A stretch of 64,000 nt of DNA from an uncultured Eubacteriales bacterium (GCA_964500895.1 CAZCQP010000003.1:35044-99043), one strand, 5' to 3'; shown: positions 30,741 to 41,401, counted from the stretch's first letter. Made by a program: numbers and translations. The notes: generated by a model from the sequence alone, not told the origin.

Positions 30741-32932
30741 GGGGTTTCCACCTTTTTATCTTCTGGGTAAGGCACACGTTCATGGTGCATCCCCTTAAAT
30801 ACAATGAGAAATGCATTGATGATGGTTTCCACATCACCAATGGTCAGCTGGCTGTCTACCAATTGGCCATCTTCCAGCTTGTCCTTCACCAGCTTGCGCA
30901 CAAGCATTTCCACTTCTGCCATAGACTTCCCGGCGGAAATGGTGGAACGCAAAGCAGCTTCCACGGTGTCTGCCATCATTACAATGGCGGCTTCCTGGGA
31001 TTGAGGGGTGATATAGGGGTAGCGAAAATCTTTTTCATCTACGGTTTCCGCTGGTTCATCTTGCTCTGTGGCCTGGGAATCTGCTTGCTTTTCTGCCGCC
31101 ATCCGCTGGGCTTTGACATAAAAAAACTTCATAAGTGTGGTGCCATGATGCTGGGCAATGATGTCGTGAATCACCCCGGGCAATCGATGTTTTTCAGCCA
31201 GTTCCAGCCCAAATGCCACGTGGCTGATGAGCACTTGTACACTGCTGTAGGGGTCCATATCATCATGAGGGTTTTGCCCCATCTGGTTTTCTGCAAAATA
31301 ATTGGGGTACTTCAGCTTCCCAACGTCGTGATAATAACCGGCTGCCCGTGCCAAAGCCGGGTTTGCCCCAATTTTGTAGGCAGCAGTTTCCGCCAGATTG
31401 GCCACAATGAGGCTATGGTGGTAGGTGCCCGGGGCTTCCAACGTAAGCCGGCGCAATAGGGGGTTATTGGGGTTGGCCATTTCAATCAGCCGGTAAGGGG
31501 TTACCACTCCAAAAACCACTTCCCAGAAAGGGGCGCTGCCAATGCTGACAATAACAGAAACCAGGCCCATGGCAGCAGCATACAGGGCTTGTATGAGCAT
31601 TTCAGAGGAATAGGAGCGGTCGAAGAACAAAGAGACCCCCACAAATGCCCCAAAACTGACAGCAGAAGTTAAAAGCCCAGCCATAATAATTTTGTTGCGC
31701 TCGTTGGTATAACGGGAAACGCACGCCGCAAAGGTGCCTGTGATGATATAGTACAACACAAAGGCGTTGTCTCCTTTGCAAATGAGCATGGAGACAATGG
31801 TGAGAAATACGTTGGTAAGCACCGCTATTCTAAAATCGAACAACATGGCCACCAGGATGACAAACACCAGATTGGCCGAAAACAAGTAGGGCAGCCCCAT
31901 GGTCAAGTAAGCAATGGCAATGCAGCTAACATACAGCGTAAAGAATAGCAACGCTTCCTTTTGTGTATAGATGGTGTGGGGGTAAAAAACACCCACGTAA
32001 ATGCAGAAAAGAGCAAACAGCCCGCAAATAATGAGCATGGCACCTGTAATGAGAAACCAGTTGGCACCATTGTTGTCCTCTTTAATTAGCTTCAGCTGCT
32101 CCATAACGGCATACGCTTCTTCTGAAATAATCTGCCCTTCGTCTACAATGGTTTGACCTTTTAAATAATAAACGGTTTCGTACTGGGAGGACCGTTCTGC
32201 CCGGGCCAATTGGGTGGCATCTTCATTCACCACAATGTTTGGCTGAATATAAGCCGCCACAATTTCATTACACAGGTTTTGGGTGTCTGCGTCTAAATCC
32301 AGCTTGTCCACGGCATTTTTAACCATTAAGAGGCCTTTGGCATCCACATCTTGAATGCCGTCTGCAAAAATGGATGCGGTCACATCCAGCACCTTTTGTT
32401 TAAAGGCAAGAAAATCACTTTCGCTCATGTCTAATAACAACCGGGTTAAATGGTCGTTTAAATAAATGGGCAAAACCAAGTTGGAAGCCGAAGCGTCTGT
32501 AGTGTTGGTGTTAGGAGAAACCGGCCTAGTTTGGCCTGCTTGCCCTTCTTGCAAAGCTTCCTCCGTTTGGGCGTCCATTTGAGACATAGCCGCAGACAAA
32601 GCCATGTTTTTCCGGGTGAGGGAAACCTTGTCAAAAAAACCTTCCAGCGCTTCCAACACTCTTTCATTGACTATGGTGTCCCGCTCCATAACCGGCTCCA
32701 TTTTTTTGGCGGCCTCGGCTGCTGTTGCCCGGTTGCGCTGGGTGGCTACGGTGTTTTCAATTTTTCTGGGGGCCCGTACACGCTGAAAAGACACCTGCCC
32801 CCGGGTGATGTTATAACCCTCCTGCACATATGCCCCGCCCATAACCAGCCCCACGGTAATGACCAGAGCTGTGAGCAATAACATATAGCGTAAACGTGAC
32901 CGTTTTCTGCTTTGACCAGTTTTCATAAGCAT
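30737..32932 (-). CDS. pgpH: 7TM-receptor HD phosphohydrolase (PgpH/YqfF type)
   Basis: Extracellular domain, seven hydrophobic helices, then HD domain (HHSLIVANL, YHDVGK). Position between phoH and ybeY. Confidence 0.8.
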   Translation of the reverse strand: MLMKTGQSRKRSRLRYMLLLTALVITVGLVMGGAYVQEGYNITRGQVSFQRVRAPRKIENTVATQRNRATAAEAAKKMEPVMERDTIVNERVLEALEGFFDKVSLTRKNMALSAAMSQMDAQTEEALQEGQAGQTRPVSPNTNTTDASASNLVLPIYLNDHLTRLLLDMSESDFLAFKQKVLDVTASIFADGIQDVDAKGLLMVKNAVDKLDLDADTQNLCNEIVAAYIQPNIVVNEDATQLARAERSSQYETVYYLKGQTIVDEGQIISEEAYAVMEQLKLIKEDNNGANWFLITGAMLIICGLFALFCIYVGVFYPHTIYTQKEALLFFTLYVSCIAIAYLTMGLPYLFSANLVFVILVAMLFDFRIAVLTNVFLTIVSMLICKGDNAFVLYYIITGTFAACVSRYTNERNKIIMAGLLTSAVSFGAFVGVSLFFDRSYSSEMLIQALYAAAMGLVSVIVSIGSAPFWEVVFGVVTPYRLIEMANPNNPLLRRLTLEAPGTYHHSLIVANLAETAAYKIGANPALARAAGYYHDVGKLKYPNYFAENQMGQNPHDDMDPYSSVQVLISHVAFGLELAEKHRLPGVIHDIIAQHHGTTLMKFFYVKAQRMAAEKQADSQATEQDEPAETVDEKDFRYPYITPQSQEAAIVMMADTVEAALRSTISAGKSMAEVEMLVRKLVKDKLEDGQLVDSQLTIGDVETIINAFLIVFKGMHHERVPYPEDKKVETP

Positions 32933-32961
32933 TCTTCCTTTGTAAACCCAAACAAGGGGCG

Positions 32962-33957
32962 TTACTGCCCACGCTTGTCCCTGGGCACTGTACGCTTCAC
33001 AGCAGCACGGGGCTTTTCATGTTTTTCATAGGCAGCAATGATGCGCTGTACCAAGGGGTGGCGCACAACATCCCGGTTGGTTAGATGGCAAATGCCTATG
33101 TCTTCCACATCTTTTAAAATACGAACGGCTTCTGTTAACCCAGACTTTTTGCCCTCTGGCAAGTCAATCTGGGTAATGTCCCCGGTGATAACGGCTTTAG
33201 AGCCAAAGCCGATACGGGTTAAAAACATTTTCATCTGTTCCGGGGTGGTATTTTGGGCCTCATCCAATACAATGAAGGAGTTGTCCAACGTTCGGCCACG
33301 CATATAAGCCAAAGGTGCCACCTCAATGGCCCCTCTTTCCATATGCTTTAAAAAGGTTTCAGCCCCCATAATCTCATATAGGGCATCGTACAGGGGGCGC
33401 AAATAGGGGTCTACCTTTTGCTGTAAATCCCCCGGCAAAAAACCCAGTTTTTCCCCGGCTTCAATGGCGGGGCGGGTTAAAATGATGCGGTTTACATCGT
33501 TATTTTTAAAAGCAGTAATGGCCATGGCCATGGCCAGATACGTTTTGCCGGTGCCTGCTGGGCCAACCCCAAACACCACCGTATTGCGGCGAATGAGCTC
33601 CACATACTTCTTTTGGCCAAGGGTTTTGGGGCTAAGCATTTTGCCGGTAACGGTGAGGCAAATATGGTCCCCGCTTAGCTTATCAATGTCTTTAAAGCCT
33701 TCGTCCTCTAAGGCAGCAATGAGATAATTCACTTTTTGTTCTTTAATTTCTTCTTTGGTGGCAGCAATTTCCGTTAATTTTTGAAGCACCGTGGCGGCTT
33801 TGTCTGCTTTTGCCCCGGCCACCAACACACAGTCGCCCCTGTTTACGATAGAAACCTCAAAAGCTCTTTCAATTTTGCGCACATTTTCATCTAGTTTCCC
33901 AAAGACGTTGCCGATGAGCACATTGGGAATGTCAACTTGCACTTTCTCCTGGGTCAT
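32962..33957 (-). CDS. phoH: PhoH-family ATPase
   Basis: Walker A GPAGTGKTYLA. LDEAQN. Confidence 0.9.
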   Translation of the reverse strand: MTQEKVQVDIPNVLIGNVFGKLDENVRKIERAFEVSIVNRGDCVLVAGAKADKAATVLQKLTEIAATKEEIKEQKVNYLIAALEDEGFKDIDKLSGDHICLTVTGKMLSPKTLGQKKYVELIRRNTVVFGVGPAGTGKTYLAMAMAITAFKNNDVNRIILTRPAIEAGEKLGFLPGDLQQKVDPYLRPLYDALYEIMGAETFLKHMERGAIEVAPLAYMRGRTLDNSFIVLDEAQNTTPEQMKMFLTRIGFGSKAVITGDITQIDLPEGKKSGLTEAVRILKDVEDIGICHLTNRDVVRHPLVQRIIAAYEKHEKPRAAVKRTVPRDKRGQ

Positions 33958-35167
33958 CTTCCGTTTCTTCCTCCACAGACGGCGTGATAAGCACTTGCCG
34001 CCCTATGCTTTCTATAGTAGTTATAATAGATTTTACCAGCATTTTATCATTATTTTCAATAAAATCAAAGTTTTTTTCAATAATATCCGCAGAAAAATCA
34101 AATTCACGAATAATACGCCCGGTGACCATGCGCTGGGCCAGCTCTTTCACTTGCTCTGGTGTGCGGCTTTTCTCCACCGGTTCAAACTCTGTATAGGTGG
34201 TGGTAACCAAAATGACCGGCAGGGGGTAATTCAGCCCAAAGCCCAGCTGCTTGCGGGAAACAGACTGATCAAAGTTGGTATAGGGGTTGGCATAAAAAGG
34301 CCAGTCTAGCCGTTTATCCAGCACCATAAGGCCGTAGTGCTTTTTGGTTTTGCCGGTGTAGCGTTTTTCTGTATAGTTGTAGGGAATTTCAAAATTTATT
34401 TCATAATACAGCTTGCACAAAACTTCCGCATCGGCATGGACGTATTCTTTCACGGCACCTGTTTCATCATTTTTAATGACCAATTCACCAGACACCAGCA
34501 GGTCGCCTTCGTGTACCACATCATTTTGTTTCACCAAGGGTGTTCCGGCGCTTGTGGCCACGCTCACCACCAGCCCGTCTTTGGCCGCTACCACATGGCA
34601 GGGGGTTTTACGGTCTACCAGCACTTGCTTGGGCAAGGCTTCTTTCAAGCTGACCGTGGCTTTGGTGCCCTTAATGTGTACATTCACCCAGACAATGTCC
34701 GGGAAGTGAACAAGCAGTGCCTGTTCCAGCGCTTTGGTGTCCAACTGATATTTAAAAACCCCCACGGTCATGTCTTGCTCTTTACAAAAGGCTTTAATAT
34801 CCCCAGGGTTCAAACGGTCTGTGCCAACCACATCCACCTGCCACACAAAAAGGGACAACCCGTAAATGGTAAAGACAAAAAAAGCCAGCCCGGCCAGGAG
34901 CAGCTTGCGTTTACGGTAGCGATGGGCCAGAAAAGGGTAGCCGGTTTTAGACACAATCTTCATGTGGCATTTTGTTTTTTTTGCACAGCTTTTTAAATGT
35001 TTAAATGCTTTGGCAGACACCTTCATGTAGACGGCATCTTGGGTGTATGCAACGTCCCAGATGTATACGTCTTGGTGTACTGCCAAATTAATAAACCGCT
35101 CCACTGAAAAGCCTGTTACTTTTATCATAACATATCCACGCAAGTATTGCCATAGCCAAATGAGCAT
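33932..35167 (-). CDS. yqfD: Sporulation protein YqfD
   Basis: N-terminus LRGYVMIKVTGFSVERFINL. One TM segment. Synteny with yqfC and phoH. Confidence 0.85.
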   Translation of the reverse strand: MLIWLWQYLRGYVMIKVTGFSVERFINLAVHQDVYIWDVAYTQDAVYMKVSAKAFKHLKSCAKKTKCHMKIVSKTGYPFLAHRYRKRKLLLAGLAFFVFTIYGLSLFVWQVDVVGTDRLNPGDIKAFCKEQDMTVGVFKYQLDTKALEQALLVHFPDIVWVNVHIKGTKATVSLKEALPKQVLVDRKTPCHVVAAKDGLVVSVATSAGTPLVKQNDVVHEGDLLVSGELVIKNDETGAVKEYVHADAEVLCKLYYEINFEIPYNYTEKRYTGKTKKHYGLMVLDKRLDWPFYANPYTNFDQSVSRKQLGFGLNYPLPVILVTTTYTEFEPVEKSRTPEQVKELAQRMVTGRIIREFDFSADIIEKNFDFIENNDKMLVKSIITTIESIGRQVLITPSVEEETEDDPGESAS

Positions 35168-35182
35168 ATAACCACCGATTTT

Positions 35183-35488
35183 CTAAAGAATGTATTCCAG
35201 TTTGGTCACCAAGCCTGTAACGGTAATGGCTTCTGCCGTAATGTGTTTTAAGATTAGTTTTTTGCCTTCAATTTTAAAAATGCCGCAACTGGTGTTGATG
35301 CGGATGCTTTCCTGGGTGTATTCAATCAGGTTTTTGTAGTTTTCAATTTTAATCTCTTCGTTGCCAACAATGGAGATGAGGGGCAGATTGGCCACGATTT
35401 CCTTTGGAAGCTCTAACAGGCTGATGAATTTGTCTCTAAGGTTAATTTTTGGCTTATCTGGCTTGCCCATGGCCATGGTCACAATCAT
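35183..35488 (-). CDS. yqfC: Sporulation protein YqfC
   Basis: LELPKEIVANLPLISIVGNEEIKIENYKNLIEY is family-typical. Confidence 0.85.
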   Translation of the reverse strand: MIVTMAMGKPDKPKINLRDKFISLLELPKEIVANLPLISIVGNEEIKIENYKNLIEYTQESIRINTSCGIFKIEGKKLILKHITAEAITVTGLVTKLEYIL

Positions 35489-35796
35489 CCCTCCCGGCAG
35501 TCACAGCAGTGCGATTAACAATATATCTTATTCATGGAAATGGCGTGATATTCGTGTTTTTGGGCACAGCAAAAAAGCCCGTGTTATAACGGGCTTAGGT
35601 TATTGACAAAAGACCTTGGGAAACTTTTTCGAGAAAAAGTTTCCCAAACCTTTCAAAAAGCTTTTGCCTAAAATGCCGCTAAGCGGCATTTTCATGAAGT
35701 TTTTGCACCGCTTTTTTCAAAAAGCGGTTAGGGTTCGGGGCAAAGCCCCGAGGTTTTTGCCAGTTGTCGACAGCCTGAAGCCCGTGTATAGCGGGC

Positions 35797-36492
35797 TTAA
35801 TACCACAAGGGCAATGTTTTATGTTCGGAAAAGCTGTAATACTGGTCCCCGGCGACAATGATGTGGTCTACCACTTCAATGCCTACTGGGGTTAATAGAT
35901 CTATAATTTTTTTGGTGGCGGTAATGTCGTTGCGGGAAGGAGAGAGCATTCCGCCGGGGTGATTGTGGGCCAACACCACCCCAGTGGCTTTATATTTTAG
36001 AAGTGTTTCCATAAGGTTTCGGGGGTATAGAGGGGCGTCTGTTTGGGTGCCCTCCGAAAGTTTTTCGGCATAAATCACTTTCCGGTGCAGGTTCAGGCAG
36101 ATGGCATAAAAGCATTCACGGTTTAAACCTAAAAGCAAAGACACCGCATAAAGCCCGGCTTTTCTAGAGGTATCCAGCACCTGGGCTTTGTTGTCGAACT
36201 TGCTGGCGGTATAGCGCCGAACCAGCCCCGGCACCATGGTCATGAGCACCGCAATATTTTTGCTCACCTTACAGCGGTTCATCACATCTTGTGGGTCGGC
36301 ATCAAACAGGTTATAGAGTGTACCGTATTCATTCAGCAGCTTATGGGCTAGTGCATTTGTGTCTTGCCTGGGTATGCAGTAGAAAAGTAAAAGTTCCAAC
36401 ACCTGGTGGTCTTCAAAGCTGTCTAGTCCGTCATGCATAAACCTTGTTCTCAGCCGCTCACGATGCCCGGTGTGTATTCCTTTTTCCTCCAT
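35797..36492 (-). CDS. radC: RadC-family JAB-domain protein
   Basis: GHRERLRTRF N-terminus and HNHPGG JAMM motif. Confidence 0.85.
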   Translation of the reverse strand: MEEKGIHTGHRERLRTRFMHDGLDSFEDHQVLELLLFYCIPRQDTNALAHKLLNEYGTLYNLFDADPQDVMNRCKVSKNIAVLMTMVPGLVRRYTASKFDNKAQVLDTSRKAGLYAVSLLLGLNRECFYAICLNLHRKVIYAEKLSEGTQTDAPLYPRNLMETLLKYKATGVVLAHNHPGGMLSPSRNDITATKKIIDLLTPVGIEVVDHIIVAGDQYYSFSEHKTLPLWY

Positions 36493-36500
36493 AACATCTC

Positions 36501-36977
36501 CTAATCATTTGTTTCCAAATACTGGGTAAGGGTGTGGAACTGCCCATCGTAGATGATTTGCAAAAGGGCGTCGGTACGCAGCAGTGCTTCATGCATCATG
36601 GCACTGGTGATAAGCCCTTTTGCCGCTGCTTCCGGCAACTCGGCTAAATCCATGACCTTCACAAAGCCGTTTTCGTAGACCACCACATCCACCAGTAAAT
36701 CGTTAAACACCCATTCGTTTTTTTTAGGGTTAAATAAAGACTGTATAATGTCGCAGTAATAATAAAGCAGCTGGCCGTTTTCGGTCATAAACCGGCTTAC
36801 TTTAAAGCCCTCTTTTAAAAAGTAACAAGAGCAACCATATGCAAAATCTTTCCGCAATTTCAGCGTTTCCCAATGTGTCACAATACGGTTGTCATCGTAA
36901 GCAACAATGCAGTCGTTCTTTAAGCAGACCAGTTCATCAGGGATGAACCTTCGGCGGTACAGGGTGGGGTGTGCCAT
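36501..36977 (-). CDS. DUF402 domain protein
   Basis: RRRFIPDE...YYYCDI pattern. RBS GGGAGG lies before the ATG at 36977. The longer ORF to 37043 overlaps the upstream gene. Confidence 0.65.
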   Translation of the reverse strand: MAHPTLYRRRFIPDELVCLKNDCIVAYDDNRIVTHWETLKLRKDFAYGCSCYFLKEGFKVSRFMTENGQLLYYYCDIIQSLFNPKKNEWVFNDLLVDVVVYENGFVKVMDLAELPEAAAKGLITSAMMHEALLRTDALLQIIYDGQFHTLTQYLETND

Positions 36978-36999
36978 GTGAAACCTCCCGTTATCATTT

Positions 37000-39231
37000 T
37001 TAGCTTGGATGATACGTCTGGAAAATGGTGTTAATGCCTTCACTAATGCCTTGAGCCGCTTGTTGTCTGTAGCTGTCTGTGGCCATACGTGCCGCTTCCT
37101 CTGGGTTGGATAAAAAGCCCAGCTCTATTAAGGCAGAAGGTATTTTTGTAAATTTAATGACATAAAACCCGCTTTCCATGGCTTTGCGGTCGGTGCTTTG
37201 CAAGTGTTTCAGCATACTCCTTTGCAGGGTGCTGGCCACTTCTTTTGAAGAAATGCCAATGGTGCCGTCGTTTGAATGGGTGAAATAATAAGTTTCTGTG
37301 CCGTTGGCTTTTGGGTTTTTGTCGGCGGCGTTGCAATGGATGGATACAAACAAATCTCCCAACGGGTTGGCAAAAGCCACTCTGTCTTCCAGGGTTATGT
37401 ACACATCTGATGTTCTTGTCATGTATACCTTTGTTTTGCCATCTTGTTCCAAAAGCTGGGCGGCTCTTTTAGCCACGTCAAAGTTCACATCTTTTTCCAC
37501 AAGACCATTACCGGAAGTTCCTGGGTCTTTACCCCCGTGGCCAGGGTCTAAAATGACCACCCGTTCATACTTATCTTTTGGAGCCACCGCAGTGATGGTG
37601 ATGGTTTGCCCTTTGTCCTCCACATTGTAAGCAAACACGGCTTTTTCCCGTAGCACCAGTTCTGTTTTGCCTTGGGCATTTTTCTGAATCAGTACAGATT
37701 GCATGGAAGCATCATTCAGCACGTATTCCCCGTAGCCCAGCAGGTTGGTGTAGTCCCCCGGAAGTACGAGGGTATAGGTCAGGTCGTTGTATCGGTCTAT
37801 GGCTTGCCAGCCCTGGCTGTTTAAAGCACCAGCACCACTTTTTTGAATGGTTAATGTTTTAGTTTTGCCGTCGTAACGGATGTTGCGGTAGGTGGGTTCC
37901 TTCAATCTTATAGTGACCACATTGCCACTAACAATCTTTTCAAACATGGCAGAACCTTTTAAGTCCAGCACCACCTGGGCTGTACCATTGCTGAGCTGAT
38001 TGGTGCGAATGGCTGTGGTAAAACGCCCGAACTGGCCTTGATTAAAGGCTTGTCCTAAGTCTGTATTCGGAACGTCAATCACCACCCGGTCTGGGTCTAT
38101 CAACGGATAAACGTTGGCGGTTGGGGGTTCGTTAAAGGTTAGGGTTACCACATCTTCAGCACCTTGGGTGGTGAAAACCACATTGGTCAGTTTGTTCCGT
38201 GCAAACTTAACCAGAAGCTGGGTGCGGTCGGCAGACAGAGACACTTCAAATTCGGCACCATCTGCTAAATCGAACACCACCCGGGTCACTTTTTCAGGCT
38301 CTGTCTGGTTTTGGGCAGTACGAATACGCTTGACCCCACTGTGTTCCACAACATATTCCGTTTGGTCCAGCTGCATGTGTGCTTTATGAATGTCCAGTAC
38401 AAGCCGGTTGTCTGGCAAAAGGCTTTTTTCAACCCGGCTAATAGCGCTGGACGCTTGAATGACAAAGTTATTTTGGTTGTTGCCGGGAAGCACAATTTTT
38501 GTAATGCGGGTTTCGGGTGCATCTATGGCAGAAATGGCACCGGTTGATTTATCTTTTGCCGCAGCACCCACAGCGGGGGAAGGCGTTGGCATTGGTGTGA
38601 CTGTTGGTGCAGGTGTGGCCACAGGTATTTGAGGCATGGGCGTAGGCACCGGCATAGGGGTGGGGGAGGGCGGAACCCCTGGGGTAGGCATCACCGGTAA
38701 ATCGGGCACAGGAATATAAGGCGGCGGGGTGGTAGGCACATCATCCATGGTTGGGGGAGTGTCTGCCCATTGGCTAATGCTGGCCACCCGTGCTGTAGGG
38801 TTCCAGTCTACCGTAAAGCCAAAGCATTCAGAAACAAAGCGCAGGGGTATCATGGTTTTGTTGTTAATGATTTTAGGCGGAACGGCCATGGGCATAAAAG
38901 TCCCGTCCACATTAGCAAACTTGTTGTCCACTTGCATCACCAGCAGACGTTTGCTGTAGCCCACGTATATTTCTCTAGTGTCTGGCTTCCAGTCTACCAC
39001 AGCGCCCAGCTTTTCAAACACCTCCCGGGCAGGTACCAATGTATACCCGTCATAAATGACAGGTTCCATGGGTAAATCGGTTAAAGTTTCACCGTTAATT
39101 TCCAGGCGTATACCCGATAGGTTGACGTTATTGGCTGGCGCTTGTGCTTGCGCATATGTAAATTGTACGGATTGAATGGATAGAGCAGCGGAGAGCGCCA
39201 ACGGAAGTAGACGCTTTAAAACATGGTTCAT
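37000..39231 (-). CDS. Secreted N-acetylmuramoyl-L-alanine amidase with copper-amine-oxidase-like N-domain, Pro-rich linker and AMIN-like repeats
   Basis: Signal peptide. A stalk domain (TMIPLRFVSECFG), PTPMP-type linker and a C-terminal Amidase_3 (VVILDPGHGGKDPG...SIHCNA). Confidence 0.8.
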   Translation of the reverse strand: MNHVLKRLLPLALSAALSIQSVQFTYAQAQAPANNVNLSGIRLEINGETLTDLPMEPVIYDGYTLVPAREVFEKLGAVVDWKPDTREIYVGYSKRLLVMQVDNKFANVDGTFMPMAVPPKIINNKTMIPLRFVSECFGFTVDWNPTARVASISQWADTPPTMDDVPTTPPPYIPVPDLPVMPTPGVPPSPTPMPVPTPMPQIPVATPAPTVTPMPTPSPAVGAAAKDKSTGAISAIDAPETRITKIVLPGNNQNNFVIQASSAISRVEKSLLPDNRLVLDIHKAHMQLDQTEYVVEHSGVKRIRTAQNQTEPEKVTRVVFDLADGAEFEVSLSADRTQLLVKFARNKLTNVVFTTQGAEDVVTLTFNEPPTANVYPLIDPDRVVIDVPNTDLGQAFNQGQFGRFTTAIRTNQLSNGTAQVVLDLKGSAMFEKIVSGNVVTIRLKEPTYRNIRYDGKTKTLTIQKSGAGALNSQGWQAIDRYNDLTYTLVLPGDYTNLLGYGEYVLNDASMQSVLIQKNAQGKTELVLREKAVFAYNVEDKGQTITITAVAPKDKYERVVILDPGHGGKDPGTSGNGLVEKDVNFDVAKRAAQLLEQDGKTKVYMTRTSDVYITLEDRVAFANPLGDLFVSIHCNAADKNPKANGTETYYFTHSNDGTIGISSKEVASTLQRSMLKHLQSTDRKAMESGFYVIKFTKIPSALIELGFLSNPEEAARMATDSYRQQAAQGISEGINTIFQTYHPS

Positions 39232-39447
39232 ACAGTACCTCCAGAATAGTTTGTACCATTATATCAAAATAAGGGGCACATGTGTTGTTTTTGTCTGTAT
39301 GTGAAATGAAATTGTAAAGATTGTCTTGCGGCACGAAGTGGGCATAAACAGCAAAATTGGTTCATATGGTGGGTAATAAGGTCTATTTAAAAGGAAAGCA
39401 CTGACAGAAGACCAAGCCATCAACCAGGGTTTTCCAATGTTAAAGGA

Positions 39448-40983
39448 GTGGGTTTTGTGAGAGACTGTGCAGTGGTGCGTATGCCCCAGCAAGATGGTTT
39501 ATGGTGTTTTTATAACACAGGCGAAGGCCGAATTGTTTATAAAACCTTTGGGAAGGGAAAATGGGGCCAGGAGCAGCCTTTGCTTTCAGGGGTGCGCAGC
39601 CCTTTTACTGTGAGTATGGATAAACAGGGCAAAGTGTATTTGTTTTGCCAGGATATTGACGGGCATATGTTGTTGTGTTCCAATACCAACAACAGCTGGG
39701 AAAGCAAAGTGGTGCTGGAAAATGTGCATCCCCACCATACATATACCGTATGTTTGCACCCCATGATTGCAGATGAAGGCATTTCCCTTATTTATAACAT
39801 GCCCAATCCAGAGGAGCGCAGCCAATACCTGGTGCACCAGTCTTTGCAGGAAAATGGCCGGTGGTCCATCGCATCCCGCATAGACCGGTTTGTGCCCCAA
39901 AGAGAGCAGCTTTACACATTGCAGCATGTAACCAGAGAACATGCGTTGTTGTTTTACCAGACACAAACACCGGAAAACAACGTGGGTTACCGGGAAATGA
40001 CCCCCCGTGTCTTGGGTAATTTCAACGGCATTCATTCCACAGCATATCCCATTGGTGACACCTCATTTTTAACCACCAGAGACGCCGTGCACAGTCTGAT
40101 TGTGGTTAAAAGCATATTTGGAAGCCAGTTGATATACAAGAAGAAAGAAACAGATGCTTTCAGTTCCCCAAATGTTTTGTGGGAAGCCCAAAACATTAGC
40201 CACGTGTTGCTATTTATTGTTCAAAACCGGTTGTATGCCACTTTCATGAGCAATAAACAACTGTTTATGTGTGTGTCCAAAGACAAAGGGGCTACATTTT
40301 CAAGGCCCATCCGCTACCAAAATAAGTTTTGTTTGAACCCGGTGAAAGCGGCTTATCTGTCTTATGAACCCCAGCATGAAAGCCAATTTTATTGCCATGA
40401 GGTATATGTAGACGCCAACAGCTTGTGGGACGTACAGCTTCTACCGGATATGTACGAGGACTTTTACCCCCTTGCAGAATACAAACCAGAGCCGCAACAA
40501 GAACCACAACCGATGCCTGTTAAAAAAATGGTGGCGGCACCGGAACCGGTTGAACCACCGGTCAATAAGCCAGCGTCACCACGCAATAAAATTGTGTTTG
40601 ATGAACACGAAATGTTCGATGAAAAGAAATTTATGATGGAAAACCGTTTGTCCATTTTGGAAAGGCAGAATCAAGAAAAGGAGTATCAAATTAATATACT
40701 CACCAAGACCGTTAAAGAAAAGCAAGCGTTGCTTCGGCAGATGGAAGAAGATTTTGCAGACCTGCAAAAACGGTTTCAAGCACTGAAAGAAGCTGTAAAC
40801 AAACCACCAAAGCCTTTAAAAAGCAACCCGGAAGTGTTTATTGTGAAGGCCGCTGAAGCGCAAGAAGTGCCTGACACGGAGGCATCTGCGGAAGAAGAAA
40901 AAAACGTGCCCGGTGAAGCTGATTTAACGGAGGAGAATGCGCAGCCTGTAGAGGAAGATTTGTCGCCAGAGGGCGAGGCGTAA
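39448..40983 (+). CDS. Hypothetical protein: beta-rich N-terminal part, Pro-rich spacer, coiled coil, acidic tail (start uncertain; GTG at 39457 fits the RBS better)
   Basis: Long ORF with RBS AAAGGAG. I recognise no family. Confidence 0.5.
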   Translation: MGFVRDCAVVRMPQQDGLWCFYNTGEGRIVYKTFGKGKWGQEQPLLSGVRSPFTVSMDKQGKVYLFCQDIDGHMLLCSNTNNSWESKVVLENVHPHHTYTVCLHPMIADEGISLIYNMPNPEERSQYLVHQSLQENGRWSIASRIDRFVPQREQLYTLQHVTREHALLFYQTQTPENNVGYREMTPRVLGNFNGIHSTAYPIGDTSFLTTRDAVHSLIVVKSIFGSQLIYKKKETDAFSSPNVLWEAQNISHVLLFIVQNRLYATFMSNKQLFMCVSKDKGATFSRPIRYQNKFCLNPVKAAYLSYEPQHESQFYCHEVYVDANSLWDVQLLPDMYEDFYPLAEYKPEPQQEPQPMPVKKMVAAPEPVEPPVNKPASPRNKIVFDEHEMFDEKKFMMENRLSILERQNQEKEYQINILTKTVKEKQALLRQMEEDFADLQKRFQALKEAVNKPPKPLKSNPEVFIVKAAEAQEVPDTEASAEEEKNVPGEADLTEENAQPVEEDLSPEGEA

Positions 40984-40988
40984 AGTTT

Positions 40989-41212
40989 AGAATCTGTATT
41001 TATAATAAGGAATGCTGGATTTTCGAGCGAATTTTTTGCCAGCTCAGCACGTTTGCTACACAAACGCCGCACCTTTGGTGCGTCCGGCCTTCTTGCCGGT
41101 GCATCAAGGCAAATTTTCGCAGGAATACCCTTGAGGTATTTCAAGAAAATTTAACGCAGTATGGCATAAAACCCGCCGAAAAGGCGGCGTTTCGTTTATG
41201 AATACAGGTTCT
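40989..41212. repeat. MITE-like repeat, copy C
   Basis: Termini AGAATCTGTATTTATAATAA and TTATGAATACAGGTTCT are inverted repeats. The interior is a chain of short hairpins. Confidence 0.5.
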
Positions 41213-41401
41213 TAGCAAAAGGCCTTGGGAAATATGCTGCTGCATTTTCCCAAGGCTTTTTGTTTTGTTTAACATTCTAGCTGGACATGCCTAATATTTT
41301 CTTCAAGATAGCGCCCAAAAATTTGGGTAGCTTAATAACGGTGAATTTCAACCCCTGCACCCCCATGACTACAGTTTACAAAAATGCCGGTTAAGACTGT
41401 T

